A stretch of 64,000 nucleotides of DNA from Phaeosaccion multiseriatum (GCA_965112735.1 OZ218962.1:372001-436000), one strand, 5' to 3'. Counted from the first letter of the stretch, positions 41,432 through 56,179 are shown. Numbers and translations are program-made. Notes: generated by a model not told the origin, from the letters alone.

Positions 41432-44400
41432 ATGTCGTCCCGTGGAGGGAGGGGTGGAAGAGGGGGGGGCGGGGACAGGGGGGGGCGAGGAGGAGGAGGT
41501 GGGAGAGGAGGAGGAGGTGGGAGAGGAGGAGACCGGGGCGGCCGAGGAGGAGACCGGGGCGGCAGAGGACGAGGAGGAGGAGGAGGAGGTAGGGGCAGGG
41601 GAGGGAGGGGGGACATGTCCTTGGGGCGGGCCCAGAGCTACGCCCGGGAGCGAGTCGTTCCCACCAAGTGAGTACTGTTGAATGGAACGACAAGACACGG
41701 TGGCTGGTCTGTTCTTCAAAGCGTCGCTCCTTTGATGATGATGCTGATACTTCTCTGGCTGCTGCTGCTGCTGCTGCTGCTGCTCATGCGACCCTCTTTT
41801 CCTGTCTTTGACTTTGACACGAAGTGTTGCCTTTTGTTCCCGCTCGGCCCTCTCCCTCCCTCCCCCACAAGCTTTCCCTCCCTCTGTAACATGTCCCTCC
41901 TTCTCTCTGTAGTATGCACTTCCCTCTCCCTCCCCCCACAAGCTTTCCCTCCCTCTGTAACATGTCCCTCCTTCTCTCTGTAGTATGCACTTCCCTCTCC
42001 CTCCCTTCCCTAATCTATCCCTCTTCTCTTCCTCTCTCTTGAATATCGCCCTCTCTCTCTCGCTTTCTCCCCCCCCTCCATCTCTCCATCTCTCCCTCCC
42101 ACCCACTCAGTATCCCCACCCAGTTCGTGGAGACAAAGCAACGAGTGGGTCAGCTCGATCTCTCTAAGATGGACCTGCACAACATGAAGGCAACAGACAT
42201 ACTCTTTCCCCGCCGCCCAGGCTTCGGCAGGAGCGGCAAGGAGATTGCCTTGGTGGCCAATCATTACATCACCGAGCTGTCCAACGCTAAAGCCATCTTT
42301 CACTACGATCTCTCTATCGTAGACGTTGAGAAGACGGAGATTGTGAGTGTTAGGGAGAGGGCGGAGGGGATGGGGAAGGGGAGGGTTTGGGAGAAGGAGC
42401 AGCGGTAGCTCTATCAGGTGGCGGTGCAGCAGAAGGAGGGGGTAGTCGTTATACCGGATATCTGTTTCCTTTCTCGCTTAGTTTATTACTCAAAACTCAC
42501 TCAAAACTCACTCCTTCTTTCTGTCCACCGTCCCCCATCCACCGCCACTTCCTTGCCACCTCCTGCGATCATCCACTGCCATCCACTGCCCCACCCCCCA
42601 ATCCCCCCATCCACTGCCATCCCCACCCAGCCCACGGGACGTATGCGTGACATAATGGAGATGCTCCGGCTGCAACACGGAGCCGTCGGACAGGGGCTCG
42701 GGGGCAAGACGCTCGCCTTTGATGGGAGGGCAAACGTCTACACGTGCTCCAAGCTGCCCTTCGAGGGAGAGGGGCCCTTCAATGTGGAGGTGGAGCCCGC
42801 CAAGGGGGACAAGCCGGCCAGGGTGAGGCGGTAGCGTTAGGGTGAGGCGTCGGGAGGGTAGCCGCAGCACACTCTTTCCTCTTCTCTCCCTCAAGATATG
42901 TGCTATGATGTCTGTCTCCTTCTTTCTTCCTCTCCTCGCTCACTCTGTCTCTCCATGTGCGCGTGTGTGCGTGCGTGTGTGCTCAGGTCCTTACACTAGT
43001 GCTGAAGCTTGTGGCCACGAGAGATCTGGCCCAAATGGCCGCCTTCTTCAACGGAACGGCATCAGAGGTGAGGAGGGGAAGGCGAGGGGGAAGGGGAAGT
43101 GAGAGGGGGAAAGGTGTTTACAGCGGCGGGTGTGAGATGTACATGCACACTCACACGCGCCCGCGCTCCCTCTCTCCCTCTTACACCCACACGCGCACGT
43201 GCCACACACGCGCGCTCTCTCTCCCTCCCCACCTCTCTCTCTAACGCACTCTCTAACGCACACTAACACACACACGCACACACGCACACACTCACAGGCT
43301 GCCTACGACTGTATCGCCGCCCTCGATGTGGCACTACGCCACGCACCCGCAATGTCCGCCACACCCATCGGTAGGGGACGGCAGGGGGGAGGGGCAAAGG
43401 GGGTGGATAGCAGGGGATAGCAGGGGATGGCAGGGGATGGCAGGGGATGGCAGGGGATGGCTCGACACTGTGACTGTGTGCTCGACACTGTGACTGTGTG
43501 CTCGACACTCATGCCTCTTGTCTCTCCCCTTTCTCAGGACGGAATTTCTACTCTCCTGTCAACTCTCAGCCCATCAGCAATGGAGCTGAGGTAAGAGAGA
43601 GAGAGCGAGAGACGGATAGGGAGGGACCGGCAGGAGAGAGAGCGAGTGGGAGCGAGAGGAAAAGAGATAGACAGACACAGACACAGACACAGAAAGACTG
43701 GCCCGTCTGCATTAGACTTGGACCGACGCTTCCTCCCTCCCCCCCCCACCTCCCTCCCTTAGGTGTGGTCTGGCTGGTACCAGTCCCTTCGCCCCACTCA
43801 GGCAGGCCTCACCCTCAACGTGGACACCACCGCCACGGCATTCATGACCGCCGTCCCCGTCATGACCTTCGTCCTCGACATCTGCAGCCAGAAGGTACCC
43901 GACACTCCTCCTCCTCCTCCTCCTCCTCCTCCTCCTCCTCCTCCTCTTCTTCTTCTTCCTCCCCTCTGCCCCCACCACCCTTCATCCGTGCCTCCCTCAT
44001 TTCTTCCCTCCCCCCTTCGTCCCTCCCTCCCTCTCCTCACCCCCCCCCCCCCCCTCCTCTCTCTTAGGACCGCGATGCCCCCCGCACATTGAAGACCAGA
44101 GGCATGAAGCCGCACGATCGAAGCACCGTGGACAAAGCACTCAAGGGCATGAAGGTGAGGAAGGTGACGCCCTCAAGGATGAAAGGATGAAAGGGTGGGG
44201 CTCAGGGAACAAGGGTCATGTGGGTGAGGGGGAGGGTGAGGGGTCATGCGGGTCAGGACCAGGGCGAGGGTGAGTGAGAGGGGTGAGGGGGAGGATGAAG
44301 GATCTGGAGGGTCACAGGCTCATTTTGATCTTTTATCTCATGTTGTAAGGTGTGACTTATGAAAACTCATACTTTACTCTGTATCATTTTCCCTTCCTTC

Positions 44401-47400
44401 CTTGTCCTGACACCCCCCTCCCCCTTGTCCTGACACCCTCCTCCCCTCAGGTGGAGGTGTCCCACCGACAGGATTGCTCCCGAAAGTTTCGCATCAGCGG
44501 ACTCACCAAACTCTCCGCAGAGGAACAGGTAAGCGTGTGTGTGTGCGTGTGTGTGTGTGTATGTGCGTGCATGTGCACGTGTGTGTGTGCGCGCGCGCGT
44601 GTGTGTGTGCGTGTGTGTGCATATGTGTGTATGTGTGTGCGTGTGCGCATGTGTGTGGGCGGGCTGTATGGAGCGACTGTTCCTGTTCTCACACCCTTCC
44701 TCTCTCCCCTCCCTCCCTCCCCCCCTCCTCTCCCTCCCTCCCTCCCCCCCCCCTTAGACGTTCCCTGACGAGGCGACAGGCAGGAAGATGAGCGTAGCGC
44801 AGTACTTCGCCTCCAAGTACCGCAAGCTCGAGTGGCCCAAGCTGCCCTGTTTCCGAGTCGGGCCGGCCTCGAAGCACAACTACCTTCCGATGGTGAGTGG
44901 GAGTGGGTCATAGGGGATGGCAGGGGATGGGTATGGGGATGGCAGGGGATGACAGGGGATGGCAGGGGATGGCAGGCGATGGGCATAGGGCTGCCTTCCC
45001 AGGGTGGGAGGGGATGGTAGAGGATGGCGGGGGGGACGAGCGGAGAGGCGAGAGGGGAGGGGAGAGGGTAGTCCTTCTTTGTCTGACCATCCACCCATCC
45101 ACCCAGCCCCCAACCAACCACCCACCCACTCTCACCACCCCCCAAACGCACTCCCCCTCCGCCCCCTTCATTATCTTATCTTATCTTACCTTACCACAGG
45201 AGGTGTGCACCATCGCGTCTGCGCAGCGCATCAACAAACTCAGCGAGACGCAGACCGCCGACATGATTCGCATCACTTGCGTGCCGCCGCACATCCGCAG
45301 GGGGGAGATTCATCGGCAAATGATGGGGGCGCAGGCAGGGGCCACGGGGACGGCTACCAACTTTGGGATTAAGATCACGGAGAAGCAGGTGTGTGGTGAT
45401 GTGGGTGTGTGGGTGTATAGGTGTGTGCGTTTGTGGGTGTGTGGGAGAGGGTGCGTATCAACAAGGTGTGTGTAAGTGAAGGGCGGTATCACCAACGTCT
45501 GGGGTGGAGTACGTGTACACAAGGAACTATTGTTGTTGTTTACGTGCTTGCCTCTCTCTCCCTCCCTCTCTCCCTCCCTCTCTCTCTCTCTCTCGCCCTC
45601 TCTCTCGCTCTCTCCCTCTCGCTCTCCCTCTCTCTCTCACGCCCTCTCTCTCGCTCTCTCTCTTGCTCTCTCCCTCTCACTCTCTCTCTCTCACTCCCTC
45701 TCTCTCGCTCTCTCCCTCTCACTCTCTCTCTCTCTCTCTCACGCCCTCTCTCTCGCTCTCCCCCCCCCTCTCTCTCTCTCTCTCTCTCCCTCTCTCTCTC
45801 TCCCTCTCGCTCTCTCCCCCTCGCTCTCTCTCTCCCCCCCCCCCCCCCCTGCTCATCCCTAATCACACACATGCGCATGACAGGTGGCTCTGAAGGGGCG
45901 AATGCTGCAGGCCCCCGGCGTCCAGTACGGCAAGGGCTCCAAGCTGCCTGTGGAAAAGCCGACCATGGGAGCATGGAACATGCGGGACAAGCAGTTCTTT
46001 CTACCCAAGGAGCTTGGTGAGTCAGGGAGGGGAGGGGGGGAGAGGTGAAGGAGCTTGGTGGTGAGGGGAGGGGGGAGGAGATGGAGGGATGCGCCCCTGT
46101 GGGAACAGAGAAGAGCGAGCGAGAGACACGAAAGAGAGAGAGAAAATGAAGGATATTCCCCCACCTCCCCTTCCGCGGTGCGGTGCGGCGTCGATATCTC
46201 ATGTCTTCATGTCTTCCCGTCGACCACTCGCTATGTCTGACTGAGCGTTTACTCCCCCCTCCTTCCCTCTGACCCCCTGTGTGTACCTACCATACCCCCC
46301 CCTCCGTCCCCTCCCTTGGCTCAGCTGTGTGGGGTGTGGTGTCCATGTGCGCCAAGCACACGTTCCCCCTGGACAGTGTCAAGCACCTCGTGACAGAACT
46401 TGTCAAGATGATGAAGAAGTGCGGCCTCAAGGTACATACGTGTGCAGGAGGTTTTACATACGTTAGCTGACGTCATCATTTCCTTTTCTATCTTACGTGT
46501 CTTACGTAGGGTTTAGATGATCCCTCTTGTCATCTTGGGGTGGGGGTGCAGCATGCATGCAGGCACGCACTTATCTCTCCTATCTCTTCTCTCTCTCTCT
46601 CCTCTCGTTCTCTCCTCTCCTCTCCTCTCTTAAGGTGTCGATGGAGAGGCCGCCTGTGCTGCTGATGGAGGACTACCGCAACATGTCTGTGTTGCAAGTC
46701 ATGACTATGGCCAGGGACCAGGCTTTGTGAGTGTGTTGGTGATACAGAGGGAGGGAGAGGAGGGGGGTGGGGGGGGAGTGAGCCGCCATCTGTATGTGTG
46801 CCTGAACGCACCCCTTATGCCTCTAACGCTCCCTCCTCCTGTCCATTTGCCTTTCCCTTGCCTCTGCTCTGCCCATACACCTCTGCCCTTCCCCTGCCCA
46901 TACGCCTGCAGCAAGGCAGCCGGCTCTAAGCGCCCCTGCCAGCTGCTGCTCTGCCCGAAGATGACGACGGACTCGCAAGAGTACGGAGTCATCAAGATCG
47001 CCTCAGACACTGCCCTCGGACTTCCCAGCCAGGTGGGTGGGTGGGTGGGTGGGTGGGTGGGTGTGGGTGTGTGCGTGTGGGAGGTGGTGTGTGGGTGTGT
47101 ATGAGGGGGTATCCGACGTGTGGAGGGAAGGCAATGGCTCCCCTCCCATCCCCTTACCTCACTTGGTCTGACCTTGCCAGGCCGACTCACTCACGAACTC
47201 ACGCACTCACTCAATCATTCATTCGCTCAATCACTGACTGACTGATACTGACTGATTCACTCACTGACTTAGGTGCTGCTGATGAAGCACTTGCGCGAGC
47301 CTAAGCCGCAGTACCTCGCCAACGTGTGCCTCAAGATCAACGCCAAGCTCGGTAAGTCATTGGCTTCAGAAGACTGATCGATAGTTGTCTGCAAGCAAGA

Positions 47401-49320
47401 TCACACACACACACGCACACACGCGCACACGCACGCACGCACGCACACATACACACACATCCACGCACGTCCACACACACACACACGCGCGCACGCACAC
47501 ACGCACACACACACACACACACACACTGTATGCCTTGCCCGTCCCCCTCTCACCCCCCGCCACCGCCCCCCTCTCTCATCCCCTTCCCCTGCAGGCGGCA
47601 CGAACTCTGTCCTTTCGTCTCAGCTGCCGGTGGCGTCTGAACAGCCCACCATTGTGTTCGGCGCTGACGTCAATCACCCCGGGGCTGGCAACACCTCCAA
47701 ACCCTCCATCGCAGCAGTCGTCGCCAGCATGGACAGGTGAGTAAGGCGGTGGAGTACCAACAAAAACGGGTCTTGATGTGTGTGAGGAGGGGCTTTCCTT
47801 TCTTATTCTCATATCTCAAGTGCTTACTCTTATTGCCCCACTCCTCTTTCCCCCTCCCCCCCAATATATATATGGATATGTGTATGTATAATATGCTCAT
47901 GATGACACAACAGTTACGTGTCTCGGCACTGCGGGGCGGTGCGTGCCCAAGAGCATCGCAAGGAGGTGATCACAGAGCTCGAAGAAATGGTGACAGCACT
48001 GCTGAAGCTCTTCTTCAAGCTCACAAGGGTCAAGCCCAAGCGCATCATCTTCTTCAGGGACGGGGTCAGGTCAGTGGGCGTGTTGGTGATACAGGGGGGG
48101 GGGGGCTGATGAGGCAGGGGCGGGGGCTGGAGAGCAGAGGAGGCGCACGTCGGGGCGCACTCGCACACACACTCACTCACGCTGTCCGTCGATCTCTCTG
48201 TCTCTCGCGCTTGCCCTCCCCCCCCCCTACGCTTCTTCACCCCTTCTCTACCTTCCTCTCCCCTCTCTCCCTCTGCCCATGCACGTGTATATACATCGGG
48301 CATGAATATGTCCCCATATGTATGTATGTATATATATACAGTGAGGGTCAGTTCCGCGAGGTGCTCCAGTACGAAGTGCGTGCCATCACCCGAGCGTGCC
48401 AGAGCCTTGAGAAGGGCTATGCCCCCACCATCACCTTCGTGGTCGTGCAGAAGCGGCACCACACCCGCCTCTTCGCCCCCGCCAGGGAGGATCAGGACCG
48501 GTCGGGGAACGTTCCTCCCGGAACGGTGGTGGACTCGGCCATTTGCCACCCCTTCGAATTCGACTTCTATCTCATGAGCCGTAAGTTGGCACCAAAACTA
48601 TCTCACGTTTAAATGTTGAATTGTCTGTGTCATGCGTTCTGGACCACTCACATGTTATCTCCATGTATGTGATCTAATCCCTCCATGTATGTGATCCCCC
48701 TCCCCTCTGTCTCACTGCTCCACCACTTGTTGTACAGACGCCGGTCTGCAAGGCACGAGCAGGCCTGCCCACTACCACGTGCTGTGGGATCAGAACGGCT
48801 TCACCGCCGACATGCTGCAGGAGCTCGCCTACAGGCTCTGCTACAACTACTGCAGGTGCGTAGCGTACTATGTCAATGAATGAGGGTACTAAGTCACGGG
48901 AGGGGAGAGGGTTTACATTTAGATTTGATCAATGCTCACCCGAAACTGAGACTCACACTGAGTCTAACCCTTAAATAATCCAACGGTCTCTTCCTCTTCC
49001 TCTTCCTCTGTCCTCTGCCGCCATGCATCCACTACCATCCGTCCGCTGCCATCCACCCACCCTCGTTATGCCCCACCACCACCTCCCCTTGACATGACAG
49101 GTGCACCCGCGCGGTGTCCATCGTGCCTGCCGTATACTACGCCCACCTTATCGCCTTCCGAGCCGCATTCTTCGTGCACGACGAGGACTCCTCCGACGGC
49201 CGTAGCACCAACTCGGGAGGGGGGAGCAGGGGAGCAGGGGGGGCGGGGGCCAATGTGGACTGGGCGGCAAAGTTCGAGAGTGTGCATCCCGGGGTGGCAG
49301 AGACCATGTTCTTTGTGTAA
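41432..49320 (+). CDS. AGO: Argonaute (AGO clade), ~964 aa, RGG-N-PAZ-MID-PIWI, 21 exons: 41432-41667, 42111-42342, 42631-42822, 42987-43067, 43298-43370, 43538-43590, 43763-43894, 44068-44154, 44451-44528, 44758-44892, 45200-45388, 45884-46016, 46325-46431, 46635-46726, 46912-47032, 47273-47351, 47595-47736, 47914-48069, 48342-48580, 48738-48855 and 49101-49320
   Basis: Motifs [30 protein letters not shown]...LPC...[65 protein letters not shown] and C-terminal MFFV*. Phases are consistent and the spliced length is 2895 nt. Confidence 0.95.
45550..45835. repeat. (CT)n-rich tract in an Argonaute intron
   Basis: Directly visible. Confidence 0.9.
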
Positions 49321-49954
49321 GGGGGCGGATGGCAGTGGATGGCAGCGGATGGCAGCGGATGGTACACGTGGAGACCGAGTTTTTTGGCGGAGGAAGAGAG
49401 GTGGTCATGGGATTTTGTATATTACGGTACGCAACGGCCGGAGAGAGAGAGAGAGAGAGAGGGAGAGCGAGAGCGAGAGAGAGAGAGAGGAGGGCATACT
49501 ATGCGGAGGGTCCTCACAGCCGTCACCACCACCAGCACTAATAGCAGCAGAAGCATAGCAGTTGGTGGGACGGCAGTCATGGAGCCTGTGATACGTGTTT
49601 TTGGAAGAGTCACGTCGTGAGGAGGGTAACAGCAACACAACAGCTTAGCGCACCAGCATGACAGCAGCAGGGCAACACTTAGCAGCAACAGCTTAAAAGA
49701 GCACGCAGAGGGAGGAACCAGCAGCCCTCACAGGGAGAACACAGCAGAGGGGGGGAGCGAGGGGCATCGGAGTAGTCTGGAGGGTATTTTAATTAAAATT
49801 AATTACTCATTTTAGTAGAAAGTATATAAAACAAAGAGCCAACTGCTACGATACTGTGCCAAGTCACTTCCGCACAGCTATGCAGAGGTCGCTCATCTAC
49901 ATGTACATCCACGACGCCCTCATGCTTGACTTCCGCCTGTATTGCTGCTTCTTC

Positions 49955-50201
49955 CTACTGCTGCTTTTGTTGGCAGTCCTTCCAATAGGGGCCCCTCTTC
50001 CTGTCCAGCAGCCGCGTCAGAGCCGATAAAAGGCGACCACAGAACATCACGGTGATGGCACCCCACACGCCTTCTATGCCCAGGGAGGGCCGGCGGTGAA
50101 CAAACATGAGCACTCCGGTGGAGAGACTTGTTGCGACCAAAGTGCCCACTCCGAGCCAGCGGAACTGGGAGGGCGGGAGGGAAGGAGGGGAGGGAGGGAA
50201 A

Positions 50202-50258
<57 letters not shown>

Positions 50259-53200
50259 AGGGAGGGAGGGAGGGAGGGAGGGAGGGAGGGACGGAGGGAG
50301 GGAGGGACGGAGGGAGGGATGAGAAGAAGGCAGGGAATGCCCCCACCGAATGCCTCAAGTAGGGAATGCTCCCACAGAATACCTCAAGCGAGTGAGCTTC
50401 AATAGTGACGGCAGTGAGGCGCTGCACGGAAGTCAATGAATGTGATAGTCACTACGACTATGACATGGTACCAGGAGAAGTTACGGACCTGCTTAGCCCC
50501 GACGAGCATGCCTGGAGAGGGACCCGCGCACGCACACACACACACATAGCACAGAGAGAAAAGATAGAGAGAGAGAGAAAGAGAGAAAGAGACACACGCA
50601 GCAGCAGACAGGAGGGGTAGAGGTGAGGGAGGGTAAGCAAAGCAGAGCATAGCAGAGCACGAGGCCTTCGTTGACATAGGGAGGCCTTCGTTGACATAGG
50701 GAGGCCTTCGTTGACAGAGGGTGCGCAGAGCAGAGAAGGCAGGTATTGCAAAAGAGAGAGCGTGACGGTAGGGAGGAGCGGCAGAGCCCTAACCAGCAGG
50801 GGAGGAGGGAGGAGAGGCAGAGACAGAGGGGCAGAGACGAGGGATGGCACCCGAGGGATGGCACCCGAGGGATGGCACGCGGGCAGGGTTGCATCTGCCC
50901 CCCTCACCCCCGCCCAACAAATTAACGCACACACATACGCAAACACGCACACACACACATACAGCACATGCAGACACACGCACGCACACACACACATAAG
51001 CTTACGTACACACACATAAGCTTACGTACACACCTTCGCACACGAGAGTGCATGCCACGAGGGGCTGCTGCACTGCGAGGATGGGCAGGAGCTTGCCCAG
51101 GCGGGCGAGTTGAGACGGGTCGGAAGTGAACACGGGAGGGATCAGGCTCTTGCTCGCCCACAGCACAGAGCCCAGAGCGACGCTTGGGTGTATAGGACAG
51201 AGGGGAGGGGGGGGGGGGCAGGTTGGCTGGTTGGGAAGCATTGAGATGAGCGGAAGGGGGGGAGAAGCGACCCCAGGGGTGGGAAGGAAGGAAGGAAGCA
51301 AGGAAGGGGAAGGAAGAAAGGAAGGAAGGGAGAAAGGGGAAGGAAGGAAGGAAGGAAGGAAGGAAGGAAGGAAGGGGAAGGAGGGAAGGAAGGAAGGAAG
51401 GAAGGAAGGAAGGAAGGAAGGAAGGAAGGAAGGGGAAGGAAGGAAGGAAGGAGGACAGCACGGCGCGTTTCGGTGTTGGTTCTGTTCGACTTACCTGCTG
51501 ACAAGGGTGAGTCCTGCCGCTCTCCGGCACATCGCCCTTGCCTCGGGGAGCTCTCCCCGCCCGAGGTATCGAGCCCCCAGCACCTGCAGGCAGACAGACA
51601 TACCGTATGGGACATGCGGTTAGAGCATGGGCATACGGCAAGGAGTATGGTTTGGGCGCTTGGTTGATCGAAGGTGGGGTAGAGGGGTACGTGTAGCATA
51701 AGGAGGAGGAGAAGGAGCACGCCAACAACCGTACCACCAACCTGTGTGGCAATGCTTGGCGCCTCCGCCACTAGTGCGAGGAGCAGCCACAGCGAGAGCG
51801 CCACTTGGTGAGCCCCCACCTCGGCAGGACCCATTCGAGTGGCCACAGACGTCGCTACGGCCCAGCAGAACATCAGAGACGTCGTGCTGAGGGAAGGGAG
51901 GGGTCGATGGCAGTGGATGGGAGGGTGGGATGGCAGTGGAACGGGGGGGGGAGAGGGGTGGGGGGGGGGTGTTCAGACGCACACACGCCTACCTACACAC
52001 ACGCCCTGCTCGAACGCTCCCATCGTATGCCTCTAACATGCCCTTCTCACTCACCGCAGCAGCATGGCGGCGTTGGCCCCCAAGATGACCCGGAGCAGCG
52101 GCCGCATCTCCCTCACGCTCTTTCGAAGCGTGTCCCAGGCACTAGGAATGGGCACTGCGTCTGTCTCTGCCACTGTTCTTGCCACTGTGTCACCAACTGC
52201 CATTGTATCATCAACTGCTACTGTATCACCACCCACTGCTGCCGCTGCTATTTTGGCTGCTTTGCCGTCCTTCCTCCTCTGCCACATGCTCTCCAGCAGA
52301 GGCAGGCGCATCTCCCCGGTCCTGACACCCTTGACGAGCCTGGCGAGGTACAGCGCAACAGCCATGTACTGAGCCGCCGCTGTGGCCCCTGCTGCCCCTG
52401 CCATGCCCAGGCCCAGAGTGAACATGAGCAAAGGGTCCTGAGGGGGAGGCATGTTATGTTGGAGGTGTATGGGGAGGGAGAGAGGGTATCTTAGAGGCGT
52501 ATGGGGGAAGGGAACATTTGGCAAAGGGTGAGTCCGATCCATAGGCCTCAGTCCACCCACAACCTGTGCCTGTCCCCTCCTTCCTCCTCCCCTATGCCCT
52601 CATCAGCCTCCATCCACTCACAAGCAAACCATTGAGGAGTGCAGCGCTTGCCGACACCTTGGCGGAAACTCTCGTGTTACCGTAGCCGCGGAATGTTCCT
52701 TCGCAAACCATGATGAGCAGCACCGCGGGGGCCGCAAGAGCACGCACGTTCAGGTACCTGAGCAGCAATGCACACACACGCACACACACACATGTATGGA
52801 CACACACAGGCAAGCACACATATATACACACACGCACGTAGGAACACGCACACACACGCACACGCACACACACATACATACATACATACACAGATACATA
52901 CATACACAGATACATACATACATACATACATACAAACATACATACATACATACATACATACATACAGACATACATACATACATACATACATACATACATG
53001 CATACATACGCGTATCAGCACTATGGACCGGGGCGTCGTTAGTGCCAGGTGTCAGGACCCTCTCCTCACCGCCTCACTGCCTCACTGCCTCACCTCAATC
53101 CGTGGCCGTGGAGCAGTGCTGTGGCGCCTCTGTTGGGTGCCCCCATGAGGGAGAGGATGGCCGGGCCTGTGGTCAGCAGCAGCCCCATAAGGACGAGTCC

Positions 53201-54636
53201 GAGCATGGAGGCCAGGAGGAGGGATGCTTGGCTGATCTCGCCTACTCAGGGAAGGGGGGGGGGAGGAGGGAGAGGGAGGGACGGAGAGAGGGAGAGAGAG
53301 AGGTGTTGGGGGCGGTCTGGTTCCCTCTGGCCACGGGTCTCAGAAAAGGCATCGATGCACACTGCCTTGAGGCCTCCGATCTCAGTGACAGAAGTGGCGG
53401 CAGGAGCACCCCCTCCCCCTTGAAGATAGCGAGGCCATAGGTATTGTTACGTAAGCCCAAAGAGCATGTGTACATTAGAGCACATCGTGTGAATCACATG
53501 CATCACCCACCTGCTCGCTCCTTGTCCCCCACTGCCAAGCTGCTGGACACCTGTGCGGCAGCATAGAGGCGTATGGGTTGGCGTGTGAGGCATCATAGAG
53601 GCATATGGATCCGCGGATGAGGCATCACAGAGACAGAAGGGTCCACAGGTTACGATGAGGAGCACCAACGGCAGTGGTACCCTCCTCCAGTCCCTCACTC
53701 TCTCTCTGGCACACGCACCCACGCACGAAAGCACTCATGCACGCATTCACTCATGCACGCAAGCACTCACCAAACTGGTGGTGGACTGTGTCATTGCTCT
53801 GAAGCTATTGAACACCATGTGGAACGTGCTGAGCGAGGACACAAAGGGTGGGGGGACGAGAGATAGACACGAGGGTGAGGCAGACATGAGGCAGACATGA
53901 GGCAGAGGGAACAGTAAGAGGGCCATTCTTACACGCTCCTGTAGGGCACACTCTTCGGTGTCCCTCCACTCCTTGCGTTGTTGACTTGCACTCATCACAC
54001 AGTTTCAACTGTTTCAACCTGTACACACCTTGTGCACGGCCCCAGGGATGCGAGTTGGATGGCGCCCAGCCGTCCCACAAAGTATGTGTCCACCAAGCTC
54101 AGCATAGGGTCCACAAGAAGACTTAGGAGGGAGGGGAGCGCCAGGAGGGCAATGTCTCTGTCGTGAATGCTTCTCCACCATGGGAGAGACTTGCCCTCCG
54201 CACTCGCCTCTCCACCTGCTGGTGCTACTTCTATGGAGGCTACACTACTCAATACCACAGGGGACGACGAAGATCCGCCCCGAGCAAGCAGCAGCAGCGG
54301 TTGCTTGCCTGGGTCGGTGCCTCCGGTCCGGCCTCTCCTGCTCTGGGCCCTCCTGATCAGGCTAGAGACACGCTGCCTCCCACGCCGAGGCTGATCCATC
54401 CATTGGACCTGCTGCTGGTGGTGGTGGTTGTCAGAGCACCTATCGTAGCTGAAGCAGCTGCTACTTCTTCTGCTCCTGCTCCTGTTGCATCTTCTGCTCC
54501 TTCTCGGACTGCTGTCCTTCGCCCCCCACTCCCTTTTGCTGCAGCCCCCTGCTTGAAGTGGAGATAGGAGAGCCTTGGTAAGGTATGCGTACTTGGCGCA
54601 CCCTAAAAGGAGCAGCAACTGCGGCCTTGACCGCAT
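49955..54636 (-). CDS. DinF-like MATE efflux transporter with an N-terminal extension. Approximate exons 54636-54029, 53828-53771, 53550-53511, 53241-53094, 52757-52622, 52437-52055, 51886-51742, 51583-51495, 51182-51034, 50511-50489 and 50164-49955
   Basis: Motifs LALPSLLSLLVDPMLSLVDTYFVGRLG, YLNVRALAAPAVL...GTFRGYGNTR, DPLLMFTLGLGMAGAAGAT, MGPAEVGAHQV and GIEGVWGA. GT-AG phases are consistent. Confidence 0.88.
51282..51452. repeat. (GAAG)n microsatellite in a MATE intron
   Basis: Directly visible. Confidence 0.9.
52872..53008. repeat. (TACA)n microsatellite in a MATE intron
   Basis: Directly visible. Confidence 0.9.
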
Positions 54637-54769
54637 GCTCCCAGTCTTGGGGAAACTAGGGGGGATGATCGTGTTCCACATCCAAACTCACAGCTGGGTT
54701 TCCCGCCTGGTCGTTTTGTCCAAGAGGGTATAGAGGATTGTTTGAGACCTGCAGAGAAGGCGCCCCAGC

Positions 54770-56179
54770 ATGGCGTCCCAGAGGAGTGGGGGACCCGCCC
54801 GAGTGAGCGGAGAGGTACGTTATTTTTTCCCCTCGATCCTCGTCTGGCAAAAGGTCAACCTAGTGGGTGGCCTTGCCCTCCTCCCTCGCTTACGCCTCTC
54901 TCGCTCCTCGACTCTCTTCCGACTGCCGTGACAGGCCACGCGCCTCTACGATGCAATCTGCGGGGGGGAGACTATCAAGAATGTCAAGCGAGCCATCAGC
55001 GCCCTTGTCGCTAAAGAGAGGGGAAGGAAGGCCTGCCTCGACGCCGCGATTTGTGCTAAGGGGCACACGCCAGTGACTGTAGCGGCGAAGATGGGTAGAG
55101 CAGACATCGTGGAGCTTCTACTGGGAGAAGGGGCATCTCCAAATCACGAAGTGATGACTCCATTGATAGCGGCTGGCGTAGAGGGCCATCTGAATGTCGT
55201 GCAGATACTGATCGAGGTCGGTGCGGATTTAGATCAAGCAACTGACGTAGGGGTGACGGCCTTGAGTGCAGCTTCAGCCTTTGGACACACAGAAGTCGTC
55301 AGAGCTTTAATCGCGGGGGGCGCCAATGTGGACAAGGGCGACAACAAAGGAGCTACACCTCTGATCTTAGCTTCACGAAGGAATTATGAGGGGATTGTGA
55401 GGCTGCTCCTTGCGGCCAATGCGAATGCGAAAAAGGCCACCAACGACGGATGTTCACCACTGGCAATGGCGTCGCTGTACGATCATGAGGAGGTGGCGAA
55501 GTTGCTCCTTGCCGCCAACGCAGATGTGAACCAACTGAGAAACGACGGTACTTCGCCACTTTATGTGGCCAGTGCCCAGGGCCATGCTTGCGTGGTGAGG
55601 AGGCTTTTGGCAGCTGGCGCGGAGGTGGATGCAGCCGATGATAAGGGGATAACTCCACTCATGTTTGCAGCGCAAAATGGACACGCTGAGGTGCTGCGTG
55701 AGCTCGTATCGGCAGGAGCAGACGTGGATCGACATGACGCAAAGGGGGATACTGCTCTGCTCTACGCTGCTGAAGCCGGACATGGGCATGCCCTGCACAT
55801 CCTGCTCCAGGCGGGGGCTGAGGTGGATAGCGAGGATGACAGAGGAAGAACTCCCCTCCTTATCGCGGCATACCAAAATTATGGAGGGGCGATGCACGAG
55901 CTTCTCTGCGCAGGGGCGTCTGTGGGCAAGGCTCTGACTGCTGCTCGAGAGTTCGGTGTCCTGCAAGAGGTCCGTGATCGTCTTCTGATGGCAGACAAGC
56001 GGTACTTTGACTCGCAAAGCCCTGCGGACATGATGCGGACGTGCGACTCGACCTTCGGCAAGGAGAGGGGCCTACCGCCGCAGGAGAGGGGCGTGTCTTC
56101 CGACAACGTGCTGGAAGTGGCCGCAGGCATGCGTGGAGCCGATGACGCTTCCAGGTGGGCGAAGCAAGACACGCATTGA
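54770..56179 (+). CDS. Ankyrin-repeat protein ANK-5, ~429 aa, 9 repeats. Exons 54770-54814 and 54935-56179
   Basis: MASQRSGGPARVSGE|GTACGT...GACAG|ATRLY, an open frame, and the same C-terminal segment as ANK-2, ANK-3 and ANK-4. Confidence 0.9.
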
